Assembly (NCBI RefSeq): GCF_003918875.1
Contig: NW_025767012.1
Coordinates: 558,001-622,000 of the forward strand
Reading direction: 5' to 3'
DNA from: Haliotis rubra
Taxonomy: Eukaryota
Length of the DNA: 64,000 nt
Shown here: in pieces, positions 52,266 to 64,000 of the stretch
Numbering within the stretch: the first letter of the stretch is position 1
How the letters are laid out: each line of letters starts with the position of its first letter
Made by a program: the position numbers and the translations under genes
Notes under the pieces: generated by a model
Told to the model about the DNA's origin: nothing
Database searches by the model: none
The model's input: the letters and a program-made list of their open reading frames with translations, nothing else

Positions 52266-53257
52266 TAGTTGCTTCTGTAGTGGTGGGAGCCGTCTCGCAG
52301 ATTTGTATTTGGAAAGGCAGGAATATAAAAGGAATTACCATTTTTACAGGAAATTGCTGCCAAATCCATTCAAAATATTACCTATCTTACACTCTTGCAT
52401 CCGGTCAGTATGAAACAACTGGGACATTAGAAGATCGCCATGATGGCACACTGTTTCCGACCAGACTGCCATCTTGAATTTGACTGAAACGTATTTCCTT
52501 TCGACAGATAACGAGTCGGTCGATGTTGAAGAAAAACTCAGACGACCGTCTCGGCGGAAGTTGTAATTACCTATTGATGTTGAGTCTGGTTTGAAATGGT
52601 TACAAATTACCTACCAACACGGCCTAAAACTAACGCTGACAAATGAAAGACAGGTTGAGGTGAGTTGTCTATGGCCTTTGATGAGTTGCTGATTGACATC
52701 CATGCGAATTTCTAATTATCGGATCTGTTAAGATCTATCGAGGCGAGTAGAATTATCCAAGACACGCCTGCCATGCTAAATGCTGATTTTCCATTACGAT
52801 CTCTTTCCGTGGCGACAAACTCGCCTCAAAGTAGGAGGTTATCTCGCCTCCATCGAGTCAAGAAAGCTATTGATACCAAGGAGGAGATATGTTCTCGTTC
52901 TGTCTCGTCTGTGAGACGTTAAATGCCGAGATCTCTATCGGGTATTTTCTGCCATTATCCCCAACCGCTGAAACGCTACTTCCCCTTCAACCTTAGTGTT
53001 ATCAGCGTTGTTCAAAAGTGTGGGTCTACAATATGGCAATAAAGAACGTTACCCGATGAGCAAAGCTTTCTAGTTTAAATTTAATATTATATACATGCTG
53101 TTTCATGTTGTGCTTTAGTTACGTCATGTATCGAATACTGTTAATTTGATCTACCTAAATGAACCCACCAGCTGACGTTTCATTGAGATTCCTCGACCAA
53201 CTGACAGTGCAACTACTAATTCTAAAGATTAACTAACCACTTCTAAGTAAGATTAAC

Positions 53258-53452
53258 TCCCCTTCCCCCCCAACAAACAAAAACACCCCCCAAAGCAAAC
53301 AAATATCCCGCCAAAAAACCCAAACCAACAACAACAACAAATAAACAACGAAAAAAAACCAACCAACAACAAAAAAACACAAAAAGCAAACAAAAAAACC
53401 AACAATAATAAAAAGATCAAAACCAAGAACAACAAAAACAAAACAAACAAAC
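53258..53452. repeat. A/C-rich low-complexity tract
   Basis: Runs of AAAC/AAC/AAAAC with very few G or T. Confidence 0.85.
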
Positions 53453-54385
53453 TCGGTTGCAAATACTCAAGATAAATTTCCTAAATAGATAAATAGAAAA
53501 CTATAAACATGATTAAATCATGTCTTCTTACAAGAAATAAATCAAAATTACTTCAGGCATACCCAGTGGTGTCAAGCTGATGGAACGGTATCATTTTCAC
53601 TGAGATAAAACCCAATGCAATGAGATATCATCTTTGAAAAATAGGAAAATTCATCTTCATCTGAAAAGATGAACTGCAATTAGATGTTTTGACATGCTGC
53701 ATTCCTGTTTCGCACAACATCACGTGAAGTTTAAGAAACTCGCGAGACCTTATCAATTAAGACGAGACTTTGTCTATGAACGTGTTAAACGCCATCCATT
53801 CTTTCAGCCTATCGGTCAAATTAATTACTTGTAATTGGGACGGGCGTTTCTCAGTGCCTGTACAATCAAGGATGAATTTTAGAGGAGTTTGTATTAATTG
53901 TGTAAGGTGAAATATAATTTGTATGTAAAAGGGGTCGATCACAATACTGAGTGGAGAGACACGGAGACGACATTGCTGGGAGACATTTGGAAGTACACGC
54001 GGTAAAAGATGTCTGTTGAGGCAGAGATTACTGATAAAATGGATAAACCAGCGAAACAATACGACTTTGTCACGAACAGAGTACCTCAGGGGACCTCACA
54101 AAACAACAACTGCCTCCATGTTGAGGATGACCATCTTTCTCTTGTTGTTTCGTTGCAGTTAATTCTCCTTGGTTATTATTTGGAGAGACTTCGGTATACA
54201 TGTATTTCCTGCAAAATGTATACTCTATATATGCATTGATGTATTGGGTTTTATTCCTCTTTGTATGTACATCGTAGTCAAGACAATAGAGTTGTTGTTG
54301 CAATATTAGTGGGTCATGACCGTTAGTCAACTCTTGGAGGCAGGCATGTCCCCACCGGCCCTACATGTATTTATACTGAACTCAA

Positions 54386-57300
54386 GTGTACCACTAGTGA
54401 TCTACAACTACCCCTACTGATTTCATGTACCACTAGTGATCTATATGTACCACTGCTGATTTCCTTGTACCACTAGTGATCTACATGTACCACTGCTGAT
54501 TTCCTTGTACCACTAGTGATCTACATGTACCACTGCTGATTTCCTTGTACCACTAGTGATCTACATGTACCACTGCTGATTTCCTTGTACCACTAGTGAT
54601 CTACATGTACCACTGCTGATTTCCTTGTACCACTAGTGATCTACATGTACCACTGCTGATTTCCATGTACCACTAGTGATCTACATGTACCACTGCTGAT
54701 TTCTATGTACCACTAGTGATTTACATGTACGACTGCTGATTTCCTTGTACCACTAGTGATCTACATGTACCACTGCTGATTTCCATGTATCACTAGTGAT
54801 CTATATGTACCACAGCTGATTTCCATGTACCACTAGTGATCTATATGTACCACTGCTGATTTCCATGTATCACTAGTGATCTACATGTACCACTGCTGAT
54901 TTCCTTGTACCACTAGTGATCTATATGTACCACTGCTGATTTCCTTGTACCACTAGTGATCTACATGTACCACTGCTGATTTCGATGCATCACTGGTGAT
55001 CTATATGTACCACTGCTGATTTCCATGTACCACTAGCCATCTACATCTACCACTGCTGATTTCCATGTACCACTAGTGATCTATATGTACCACTGCTGAT
55101 TTCCATGTACCACTAGTGATCTAAATGTACCACAGCTGATTTCTATGTACCACTAGTGATCTACATGTACCAATGCTGATTTCCATGTACCACTAGTTAT
55201 CTACATGTACCACTGCTGATTTCCATGTACCACTAGTGATCTACATGTGAGGTGAAGTGGGGTGAAATTGGGTTTAACGTCGTGCTTGAGAATATTTCGC
55301 TCATATGACGACGTTCATGCGTGTGTATGTGTATGTGCGGCTGCTTGTACTAGCCCAGACTTAAGCTGGTTTTATAGTGCTAGCCCACTGAGATACCATG
55401 CAGCAGTGAAGCATGAATACCCCACTCAGACACATTATACTGATTCCGAGCCGACCAGTCCTTGTTGTACCCATTAATGCCGAGCGCCAGGCAGGGACCA
55501 ACAAGTACCATATTTTAACGTCTTTTGGTATGACGCGGTCGGGGATCGAACCCGCGACCTTCCGCTCTCTGGGCGGACGTTCTTACCACTACACCACGGA
55601 GGCGGTCATTGATCTACATGAACCACTAGTGATCTACATGTACCACTAGTGATCTACATCTATCACTACTGATCTACATGTACCACTAGTGATCTACATG
55701 TACCACTAGTGATCTACATGTACCACTACTGATCTAAGTGTACCACTAGTGATTTACATGTACCACTAGTGATCTACGTGTACCACTACTAATCTACATG
55801 TACCACTACTGATCTACATGTACCACTACTGATCTACATGTACCACTAGTGATCTACATGTACCACTGCTGATCTACATGTACCACTAGTGCTCTAAGTG
55901 TACCACTACTGATCTACATGTACCACTACTGATCTACATGTACCACTGCTGATCTACATGTACCACTACTGATCTACATGTACCACTACTGATCTACGTG
56001 TACCACTAGTGATCTACATGTACCACTACTGATCTAAGTGTACCACTAGTGATCTACATGTACCACTAGTGATCTACGTGTACCACTAGTGATCTACATG
56101 TACCACTACTGATCTACATGTACCACTGCTGATCTACGTGTACCACTAGTGATCTACATGTACCACTACTGATCTAAGTGTACCACTAGTGATCTACATG
56201 TACCACTAGTGATCTACGTGTACCACTACTGATCTACATGTACCACTACTGATCTAAATGTACCACTAGTGATCTACATGTACCACTACTGATCTACATG
56301 TACCACTAGTGATCTACATGTACCACTAGTGATCTACATGTACCACTAGTGCTCTAAGTGTACCACTACTGATCTACGTGTACCACTACTGATCTACATG
56401 TACCAGTACTGATCTACATGTACCACTACTGATCTACATGTACCACTACTGATCTACATGTACCACTACTGATCTATATGTACCACTAGTGATCTACATG
56501 TACCACTAGTGATCAACATGTACCACTAGTGATCTACGTGTACCACTACTGATCTACATGTACCACTACTGATCTACATGTACCACTACTGATCTACATG
56601 TACCACTACTGATCTACGTGTACCACTAGTGATCTACATGTACCACTACTGATCTAAGTGTACCACTAGTGATCTACATGTACCACTAGTGATCTACATG
56701 TACCACTACTGATCTACATGTACCACTACTGATCTATATGTACCACTAGTGATCTACATGTACCACTAGTGATCTACATGTACCACTAGTGATCTACATG
56801 TACCACTAGTGCTCTAAGTGTACCACTACTGATCTACATGTACCACTACTGATCTACATGTACCACTGCTGATCTACATGTACCACTAGTGATCTACATG
56901 TACCACTACTGATTTACCACTACTGATCTACATGTACCACTACTGATCTACATGTACCACTACTGATCTACGTGTACCACTACTGATCTACATGTACCAC
57001 TAGTGATCTACATGTACCACTGCTGATCTACATGTACCACTAGTGATCTATGTGTACCACTACTGATCTACATGTACCACTAGTGATCTAAGTGTACCAC
57101 TACTGATCTACATGTACCACTACTGATCTACATGTACCACTACTGATCTACATGTACCACTACTGATGTACATGTACCACTAGTGATCTAAGTGTACCAC
57201 TACTGATCTAAGTGTACCACTAGTGATCTACATGTACCACTAGTGATCTACGTGTACCACTAGTGATCTACATGTACCACTACTGATCTATATGTACCAC

Positions 57301-57504
57301 TAGTGATCTATGTGTACCACTACTGATCTACATGTACCACTAGTGATCTAAGTGTACCACTAGTGATCTACATGTACCACTAGTGATCTACATGTACCAC
57401 TAGTGATCTGCATGTACCACTACTGATCTACGTGTACCACTAGTGAACTACGTGTACCACTAGTGATCTACGTGTACCACTAGTGATCTACGTGTACCAC
57501 TGCT
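54386..57504. repeat. 20-bp satellite (40-bp dimer left of the SINE, monomeric right of it)
   Basis: Unit TACCACTAGTGATCTACATG; the left block alternates it with TACCACTGCTGATTTCC(T/A)TG. Confidence 0.97.
55248..55607 (-). mobile_element. tRNA-derived SINE, family B (about 360 bp), inserted in the 20-bp satellite
   Basis: Minus strand: A box TGGTGTAGTGG, B box GGTTCGATCCC, then GTCATACCAAAAGACGTTAAAATATGGTACTTGTTGGTCCCTGCCTGGCGCTCGGCATTAA, which from memory resembles the Meta/MESC-type SINE domain (unverified). Tail ...GACGTTAAAC plus TCAC-like repeats; flanked by TGATCTACATG on both sides. Confidence 0.88.
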
Positions 57505-59918
57505 GGTATCGTTGATTCCTTTTGGTATTAGTGCTTTTATTTGTTAGATATTTGCTTTTTAAAAAGGTTTAAACTTTTATTGTTTCTCCTAAAATTCGAT
57601 TTTGCCAGTTCCGCAAGTGCTGTGGATCTATTTAACATTTCGGTGAGTTAACAGTGATACGCGATATCTTTCCGCCATGTTGCGTCGAAATTATGTGACA
57701 ATTACCTCACACATTTTTTGTTTCATCAAATTAACTTGCAGAAAGTAATGTCGTGAGATATCGTGCAGACGGAATTATGAAAAACATGTTATTTTCGTCA
57801 CACGTAATCAATATCTCAAAACTGGCAAAGTTTAAACTGGAAATAACAGTTAATCAATTCTGACTTTTTAGCCTAAGTTTCCCAGAAAGGTCTATTCTAG
57901 ATCCATTTCGAAAAATAGCTTTTTGAAATGAACCTCCTTAAACGCTTAAAGTAATTTGAACATAAATCATATTTTTAACTATTACGTGAGCTTAAGAACT
58001 TGTCACGACAAGGGAGAGTAATTCAAAATGAAAATTATCGTTTCTTCAAAGAACATTCAGCCGTGCTCAAAATAAGTTAAGATGTTGTCGAAGGAATCAA
58101 CAAAATATCACCATCATATCCTAATGATACAGTCTCGCCATTTTTCAAATAGCACTCTGCACCTTCAGCAAATTTGCCCTCGACCAACTGTCGGGGTTTG
58201 GGTCGCCCTTATCACTCTTTCAGTGCAATCCTGTGAAGACCTACTCGAAGTAAGTATCCAGCACGAAGCCCTTCTTAACACTTCATTCGAACTGGGGTTT
58301 CTTTTAAATCAACCAAACGCTACAGATCTCCCTCATAAAGTTTTCGAAAGTCGTCGACCTACAAGCATTTAGCTTTTTGTCAGGTAGGTGTGCTTAAATG
58401 GAAACAACTCTCTTTTTTCAACGGGAGAAGTGAAAGCACGAGACGCTGGGATTTGGCCTGCCGGGAGAGTACTTAACAATAATGACTTTTGGCTGCACTT
58501 AAATGAGTTTCTTGAAAATCTCTTAAAGGTACAATTAGTAAGTAATTTCCATATTGTTAATTGGAGTGTTTTCTCGTCAGCAGAACCTCTCTAGCCAACG
58601 TATACCTCCACAGCGATAATTAGAACCTGCTCTGTCTCATCTATAATGCGGAGCAATATCTGTCAGTTGCCATTACGGCAAGATGGCGGCAGGAGCTTCA
58701 ACACGAGGCACGCTGTTACCGACGAAGCATCAAAATGGCTGACTATCAATTATATGTAACTCAACCTAATTTCAAACATGCGTTCTGCCAGAATTGCCTC
58801 ATTCGATTTTAATTACACACAATGCATCTGGAACAAAAGCAGACGACTTCCTAATCAACAGACAAGAAGGGGCAACGTCTAAATTCAAATTTTCAACCCA
58901 GCCAAATTTGTTAGCTAAATACTCTATTAATTTTCGTTCTGCAACAAGGGTCAATTTTTTGGTAAACCTGATCGAGACATGATCCTGAGCGGGACAGTGC
59001 CAGTTTCCATTCCGCCTCTGTTATGTTTCGCAATTTCAATGCTCCCGCGCGCGCCACGTGCCGACCGCCCCGTGTGCTAATGGAGCGATGCTCTATTTGT
59101 TTATACAGACAGAACGTTTTCATACAGTGTTTAATGAGTGTAAGCTGATACAACAACACCGCCCCGAGTTGCTAAACTCCACCATTACGAGGAAACATCT
59201 GGCACAATCTTATTACATGCTCAAGTCAGTATCGCGCTGCCTTAGAAAGCGGCTGTGATTGAACGGCCGTTTTAGTTGAATGACTGGTCCCTGGTTGAGC
59301 GTAATGGCGGCCTGAACTCCCTCAATCACTTTGTGTCAGGAGTGATCGATGATATGGGATTGAATCAATCTCTGAAACAAAAATTAGAGACTTGAGCAGT
59401 TGATTTGTTGTCAGAGAACACCGTGTTACGATCTAGAGTTACTCTGCGAACATTTATCGCGTCAAAGGGTCATTTGTGGATGAATATTGTGTAAAACTCT
59501 TTCCCGCTTCTGTATTGGCGCATTGAACAATGCTGGAATTATTTTCTCGTTCCTGGCAGGAATACCGCACACCTGTTGGTGTGAGTTACACATTTTAAAG
59601 ACAAACGACGAAATCTAGGAGAAATCCATGGTATTAAAACAGTGTCGCATCTTTCAATCCCTTTCTGTTAATAAATCCACAAAGACAGTTAACGTTGTTT
59701 ATTGTTTTCTTCATTTACAGTTTTAATGTCCAGTCCACGAACTGCCTCCTCACAAACACAAAACCTACCATTTACTCAAAAGATCTGGCGTGGATAGGTC
59801 CATCAGGGGTGCCCCGTTCCCCGACACCCGCGTTACAAACGCTGCAAAATAGGCACCACATTATTTTAACTTTCTTCCATTTTTGTCGGTACTTCAAAAC
59901 CTCTTCAAAAGTACTTCA

Positions 59919-60022
59919 AAAGCTCTAAATATAGCAAGTCTAGATTTCACTAAGGTTCATTTGGGCTACTTTTCAATTTGATTCTCTCAGAATTATGTTT
60001 TAGGAGACTAAGCGAGAGTCTA
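59919..60022. mobile_element. Partial third copy of the TAG...CTA element
   Basis: CTAAATATAGCAAGTCTAGATT...CTTTTCAAT...GAGACTAAGCGAGAGTCTA matches the right half and right terminus of 11841-12038. Confidence 0.7.
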
Positions 60023-60692
60023 ACTAAAGATTATTTGTCATGTTGATTATAAAACATAATCATTTGAGATGTGTTTTAAATAACATATCATTAAAAATGT
60101 CAAGTGCAAAATATCTCCTGAATAATTTCTGTTTATGTCAACCTGAATTCCCTGCTATCTCCCCAGTACATACACACCCCAATCGCATACACACTCACAT
60201 TTATGCAAAATGCTGTACACCCCGCTTTTCGAAAGTAAAATAACTGTTAACATTGGCTTTAATGAAATTTAGTACGGACCTGGAATAGAGGAATAATATA
60301 GTACCAGTAAGATGCAAGAGAAATCAAGACTTAATTGTTAATTCGTTTATGAGAAAAGTGTATGCTATTCAGCGTGTAAACAGACTTATAAAAGTAATCG
60401 TGTTGAATTTCAAGGAATTTGACAGTTTCTTGGTTAAAACAAGCCAATACACTTTGGAGAATGATGCTATATTGATGATGGGTCTGGTTATCTGTAACAG
60501 ACCGACAATACACTCAAGTCATACGGAAGTAATATATAAGTTGATAAACATGCTGAACTTATAACATTGATTAACAAGCACTTCCTCGTGCCGCTGAAAG
60601 ACCACACCTCTATTCATTACGTGTGTTACTGTGACAGACTTCTCGCATATTCTCCCCATCCTTAAAAACGTCCACAAAACACACTATACAGT

Positions 60693-60697
60693 TTATA

Positions 60698-60738
<41 letters not shown>
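60693..60738. repeat. (TA)n microsatellite
   Basis: Directly visible dinucleotide run. Confidence 0.95.
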
Positions 60739-60743
<5 letters not shown>

Positions 60744-62039
60744 GAATTAAAGTAAAGAAAAAATATGACGAGTTATGAAATTGTTTTAAACGGTTGAAAT
60801 GATAACAATAAGGCCAATCTTACTGCCTTGTCTCAGGGTTAAACGTACCCCATGCAACAGTCAGGCATATGACATGTTCGTGGTATATGAACGGCGTAGC
60901 GGGCAGTGTTGGGTCAGGGACCATGGTCTAATCTTGAACAGGGTTGGTCACAGCCACAACACACACCTATCTCGCAATCTGTTCACAGCCTGTCCGTCAA
61001 GTATGTTGTGTCTAACAGCCATGGCGCAGATGGTTGCAGTTCCTCCAATCTGTTATACTACTGGACCTCTACATAAATACGTCGTAAAATAAGATCAATG
61101 TTTCCTATATTCATGCGCACCTATACCAGCGCCATTTACTCAAAAGAATTCGTCCGTCTCATATTTCACTTTCACGTCGTTTGTCTGTCAAAAATTAGTA
61201 AATGAAAGATACATTGACTGCCAATATCAAAGATGAAGGCTTCCATTAAAGGTAGTCTCTCGCCAATATGACATCACGCCATGGGAGGTTCAAGGGAAAT
61301 ATTGAAGCAAAAGAATATTTACCGATGCTTAGTTCAATCCCTTATGTGGTTATTCAAGTATAGCGTTTACCTAAATCACAAACAGAAAAATGCATATCAC
61401 TTGGAGCTACATGAATTGTAGTTCGGCAGTCTTTCAAAAGCCTGGATCCAAATTACCACGATTACCCTAAGTACCCATTTAAACTCGTTTTCTAATTACT
61501 TCACTGAAAGAAACAATAAATCTCTACCCACTAAAATGATAAATAAATTGTCTGGAAAATATTTTTGACAAGAAAACTGGGGTAGTTGATTCACCGCGGA
61601 GGAGAAATAATTGGAGGGATAATTTTCTCCGAGATTTGGATGAATATTTATTTGAATTTGACAATAACAAATTTATGAGCACATAGAATGTGATTTACGC
61701 GTACTCGACACGAAGGCAAACAAATTCCTAATAACTGCTCTATATTCAAAACGTATACCGTAGTATTAATCTCTCTGACAGTTTGTGTATAGGAAAATTG
61801 TTTAATGGCATCATTGTCGATCGCTGCATTCTATAACGCAGTCTGACTTTATACACAGGCTCGTTGTCTGGGGCCAGTGATCGGTAACAACTGTCTATGT
61901 TGGCATGTTGTAGGTTGAAAAAATCCTGAAAACAGTGTCTACTAGTGAATGGTTACACCAAGCTGGGTTAAAAGAAACCGCATGCTTCATATGTTTAGAT
62001 GTCATCTGGTAGTCGTAAACCTTCAACACATAAGGAAAC

Positions 62040-62082
62040 GATGGGGTAGCCCAGTGGTTAAAGTTTTCGTTAGGCACCAGAA
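62040..62082 (+). mobile_element. 5' (A-box) fragment of SINE family A
   Basis: GGGGTAGCCCAGTGGTTAAAGTTTTCG matches the head of the 50755-50913 copy (GGGGTAGCCTAGTGGTTAAAGCGTTCG). Confidence 0.55.
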
Positions 62083-62291
62083 ATTAGAGTTAGATTTTAT
62101 AATTAGATATAAAAATGTTTGTATATACAACGGCAATGTTGGTGTTACCCATTCATGATAATTCTGCAGTGGAGATAGTTCATGTCCGTTCCATCAGAGG
62201 AATTGCCACAAAAATTATATCTGAGTTATCATAAGGTTTTCGCCTCACTTTATAGTCTGATAAAATGGTGATTGTGTGGTTTGCTTGTGAT

Positions 62292-62576
62292 CAGGGCTCC
62301 AGATAAAAAAAATTAATATCAGGAGTACTGGAAAACGTTTAGAGTACTGAATGGGATTTAATGGAGTATCAGTAACCTTGTGTTTCGTTTCATATATGCA
62401 ACACTGCAATAATCAATAAAACAATACTTTATCAGATAAATACGTCTGTAAATGATTCTAAGACCGTACACCATTGCTGTGGTGCGTATCTGCTACGTTT
62501 TCTAAATTATTTCCTACCGTATCGTGCTTATTTTATATCCGTACATACGCCGATACCGCCCTTATCTGGGGCCCTG
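62292..62576. mobile_element. 285-bp MITE with 15-bp TIRs (hAT- or P-like termini)
   Basis: Left CAGGGCTCCAGATAA and right TTATCTGGGGCCCTG (14/15 inverted match); direct repeat TTGTGAT at 62285-62291 and 62577-62583. Confidence 0.85.
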
Positions 62577-62913
62577 TTGTGATGATAGTGTTTCTTCTAA
62601 CAATACGATGCGGATCTTTGGCTATGCTGTAGTTTATGAAATCCAGATTCAATTTCCTTGAGTGGCATTTTAGAAGTAGGGACGTGCAGTATTGAACAAA
62701 CTTTTACCGTTTTCAAGCAATAACATGAACTCCCTGTCTTGTCTTGAGAAGAAACACATCTAATATTGAACAAACGTCATGGATAACAACTTCTTTTATG
62801 TCGTGAGTGCGACGTTTCTATACAGTTCCTGCTTGACAACGGTACAAGAATCTGTATCGAAACGTCGCAGATTCGGTTTGCTAGCATGTCGCAGTGACGG
62901 CGGCGTTGTTCGC

Positions 62914-62978
62914 ATGAGTGAGTGAGTGAATATTGTTTGACGCCGCCTCAGTAGTTTTGCTGCTATTCTGGGCCCGTG
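62914..62978 (-). mobile_element. Retroelement 3' tail fragment related to families A-C
   Basis: Minus strand AATAGCAGCAAAACTACTGAGGCGGCGTCAAACAATATTCACTCACTCACTCAT: the shared GCGGCGTnAAAC motif plus (TCAC)n tail. 5' extent undetermined. Confidence 0.6.
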
Positions 62979-63198
62979 GATTGGAACTATTTCGCGTAAC
63001 GGAAGGTGATACTTCAAATAAATAATTAGGAAGTGGGATGTTTATTTGTCCGATAATACCCGGCACTGACTAAATACAAGGCGACAGCTTCTAGACGAAT
63101 GTAACTGTGATGATATAACTGTTACGTCATCATTAACGGTTTTGTCACAGTTATCCTAGAGCTGGATTGTTCACAGTGCTGATGGCTTAGACATTAGG

Positions 63199-63435
63199 TT
63201 CGTTGTTGTTTAACGCCGCACTCAGCAGTATTCCAGCTATATGGCGATGGTCTGTAAATAATCAAGTCTGGACCAGACAATCCAGTGATCAACAGCAGGA
63301 GCAGCGATCTACGCAATTGGGATACGATGACATGTGTCAACCAAGTCAGCGAACCTGACCACCCGATCCCGTTAGTCGCCTCTTACGGCAAGCATGGGTT
63401 CCTGAAGATCGATTCTAACCCGGACCTTCACGGGT
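63199..63435 (-). mobile_element. SINE-like element, family C
   Basis: Minus strand CCCGTGAAGGTCCGGGTTAGAATC...GTAAGAGGCGACTAACGGGATCGGGTGGTCAGG...TTATTTACAGACC...GCTGGAATACTGCTGAGTGCGGCGTTAAACAACAAC. 12-bp TSD with one mismatch (TTAGACATTAGG 63187-63198; TTAGAAATTAGG 63436-63447). Diverged copies at about 474-672 and 14740-14910. Confidence 0.85.
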
Positions 63436-64000
63436 TTAGAAATTAGGCACGTACACAAAAGTGGGAAACAGTTGGGAACATGTCACATGTCTTAAAACAA
63501 AAATCTTTGTATATTTTTTGCCGACAGTCACTTTGAAGCTATAATAACTGAAATCAAATTTCAATAGCGTGTGACCTTCAATCAGTGTTTATCCAATTTA
63601 CAATTTCACAAGGTCATGAATCATGATTCGGTTTTAAGGTGACACCGAATTTCAATTTCATTGCAATGCATATCGGACTTCATTAGTTTTAGGTTTGTAG
63701 AAATTTATACATGTGATTAAACGAAATGGGAACCTTGCATAATAAAAAAATCGCGGTTCAAGCAAACGATAGAAATTATCTCTTCAAAGTGATCCATTTG
63801 CATGCTATTGCCAAAGGGTCTAGCCCTGCATTTGAAAATAGCGCTTTGCCGATTGAGAGATAAGGTGTGTTCTTGGGGGACTAGATCAATTAACTGTTAA
63901 GACAATTCAATTAAGGCCACTATTAATTCCCCGGTTTTGTCCGGATTGTGAAAGACACTTACAATTTGTTAGCGACCGTCAAAGATATTTGCATCTTTCG

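Noticed and set aside
50799-52369. 409-480 aa mucin-like Thr/His/Tyr-rich ORFs on the minus strand
   Set aside because: A 35-bp unit cycles through all three frames, two frames are open at once, and one ORF reads into a SINE: satellite artefact.
53253-53462. Hydrophobic 69-aa membrane-like ORF
   Set aside because: Translation of the reverse complement of an A/C-rich low-complexity tract.
55610-57504. p53-response-element-like CATG/CTAG periodicity
   Set aside because: Cores are spaced 9 and 11 bp rather than 10, and the flanks do not fit RRR/YYY.
57900-58600. Possible decayed coding or TE sequence (ORFs 58082-58372 and 58388-58594; likewise 10481-10954)
   Set aside because: No RT, transposase or other motif recognised in the provided translations; a tBLASTx or HMMER search would be needed.

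Overview
AT-rich animal genomic DNA. A mollusc, probably a gastropod such as abalone, is inferred only from the style of the SINEs and is not proven. The window holds one protein-coding gene I can support: a two-exon Msx/msh (NK-like ANTP class) homeobox gene on the + strand. Exon 1 CDS is 18363-18846, the 5549-bp phase-1 GT-AG intron is 18847-24395, exon 2 CDS is 24396-24826, and the protein is 304 aa with an eh1 motif and a canonical Msx homeodomain. The rest is gene desert. About 14 kb (about 22%) is tandem arrays (18/19, 20/40, 27, 32, 35, 35, 46, 49 bp and a G-rich 172-bp unit), which occur as adjacent pairs. There are at least three SINE-type families sharing one 3' tail, and two MITE-like DNA elements with TSDs. 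All long ORFs other than Msx are repeat artefacts. I found no CRISPR array, rRNA, genuine tRNA gene or autonomous transposon, and I cannot demonstrate a wholly new biological system. Best leads: a triplicated Msx-consensus site upstream of Msx, a CRE/YY1/CTCF cluster just 3' of it, a SINE exactly at the switch between two satellite architectures, the paired-satellite pattern, and a TAG...CTA element with asymmetric ends and a 9-bp TSD. Coordinates were counted by eye; array edges are approximate.
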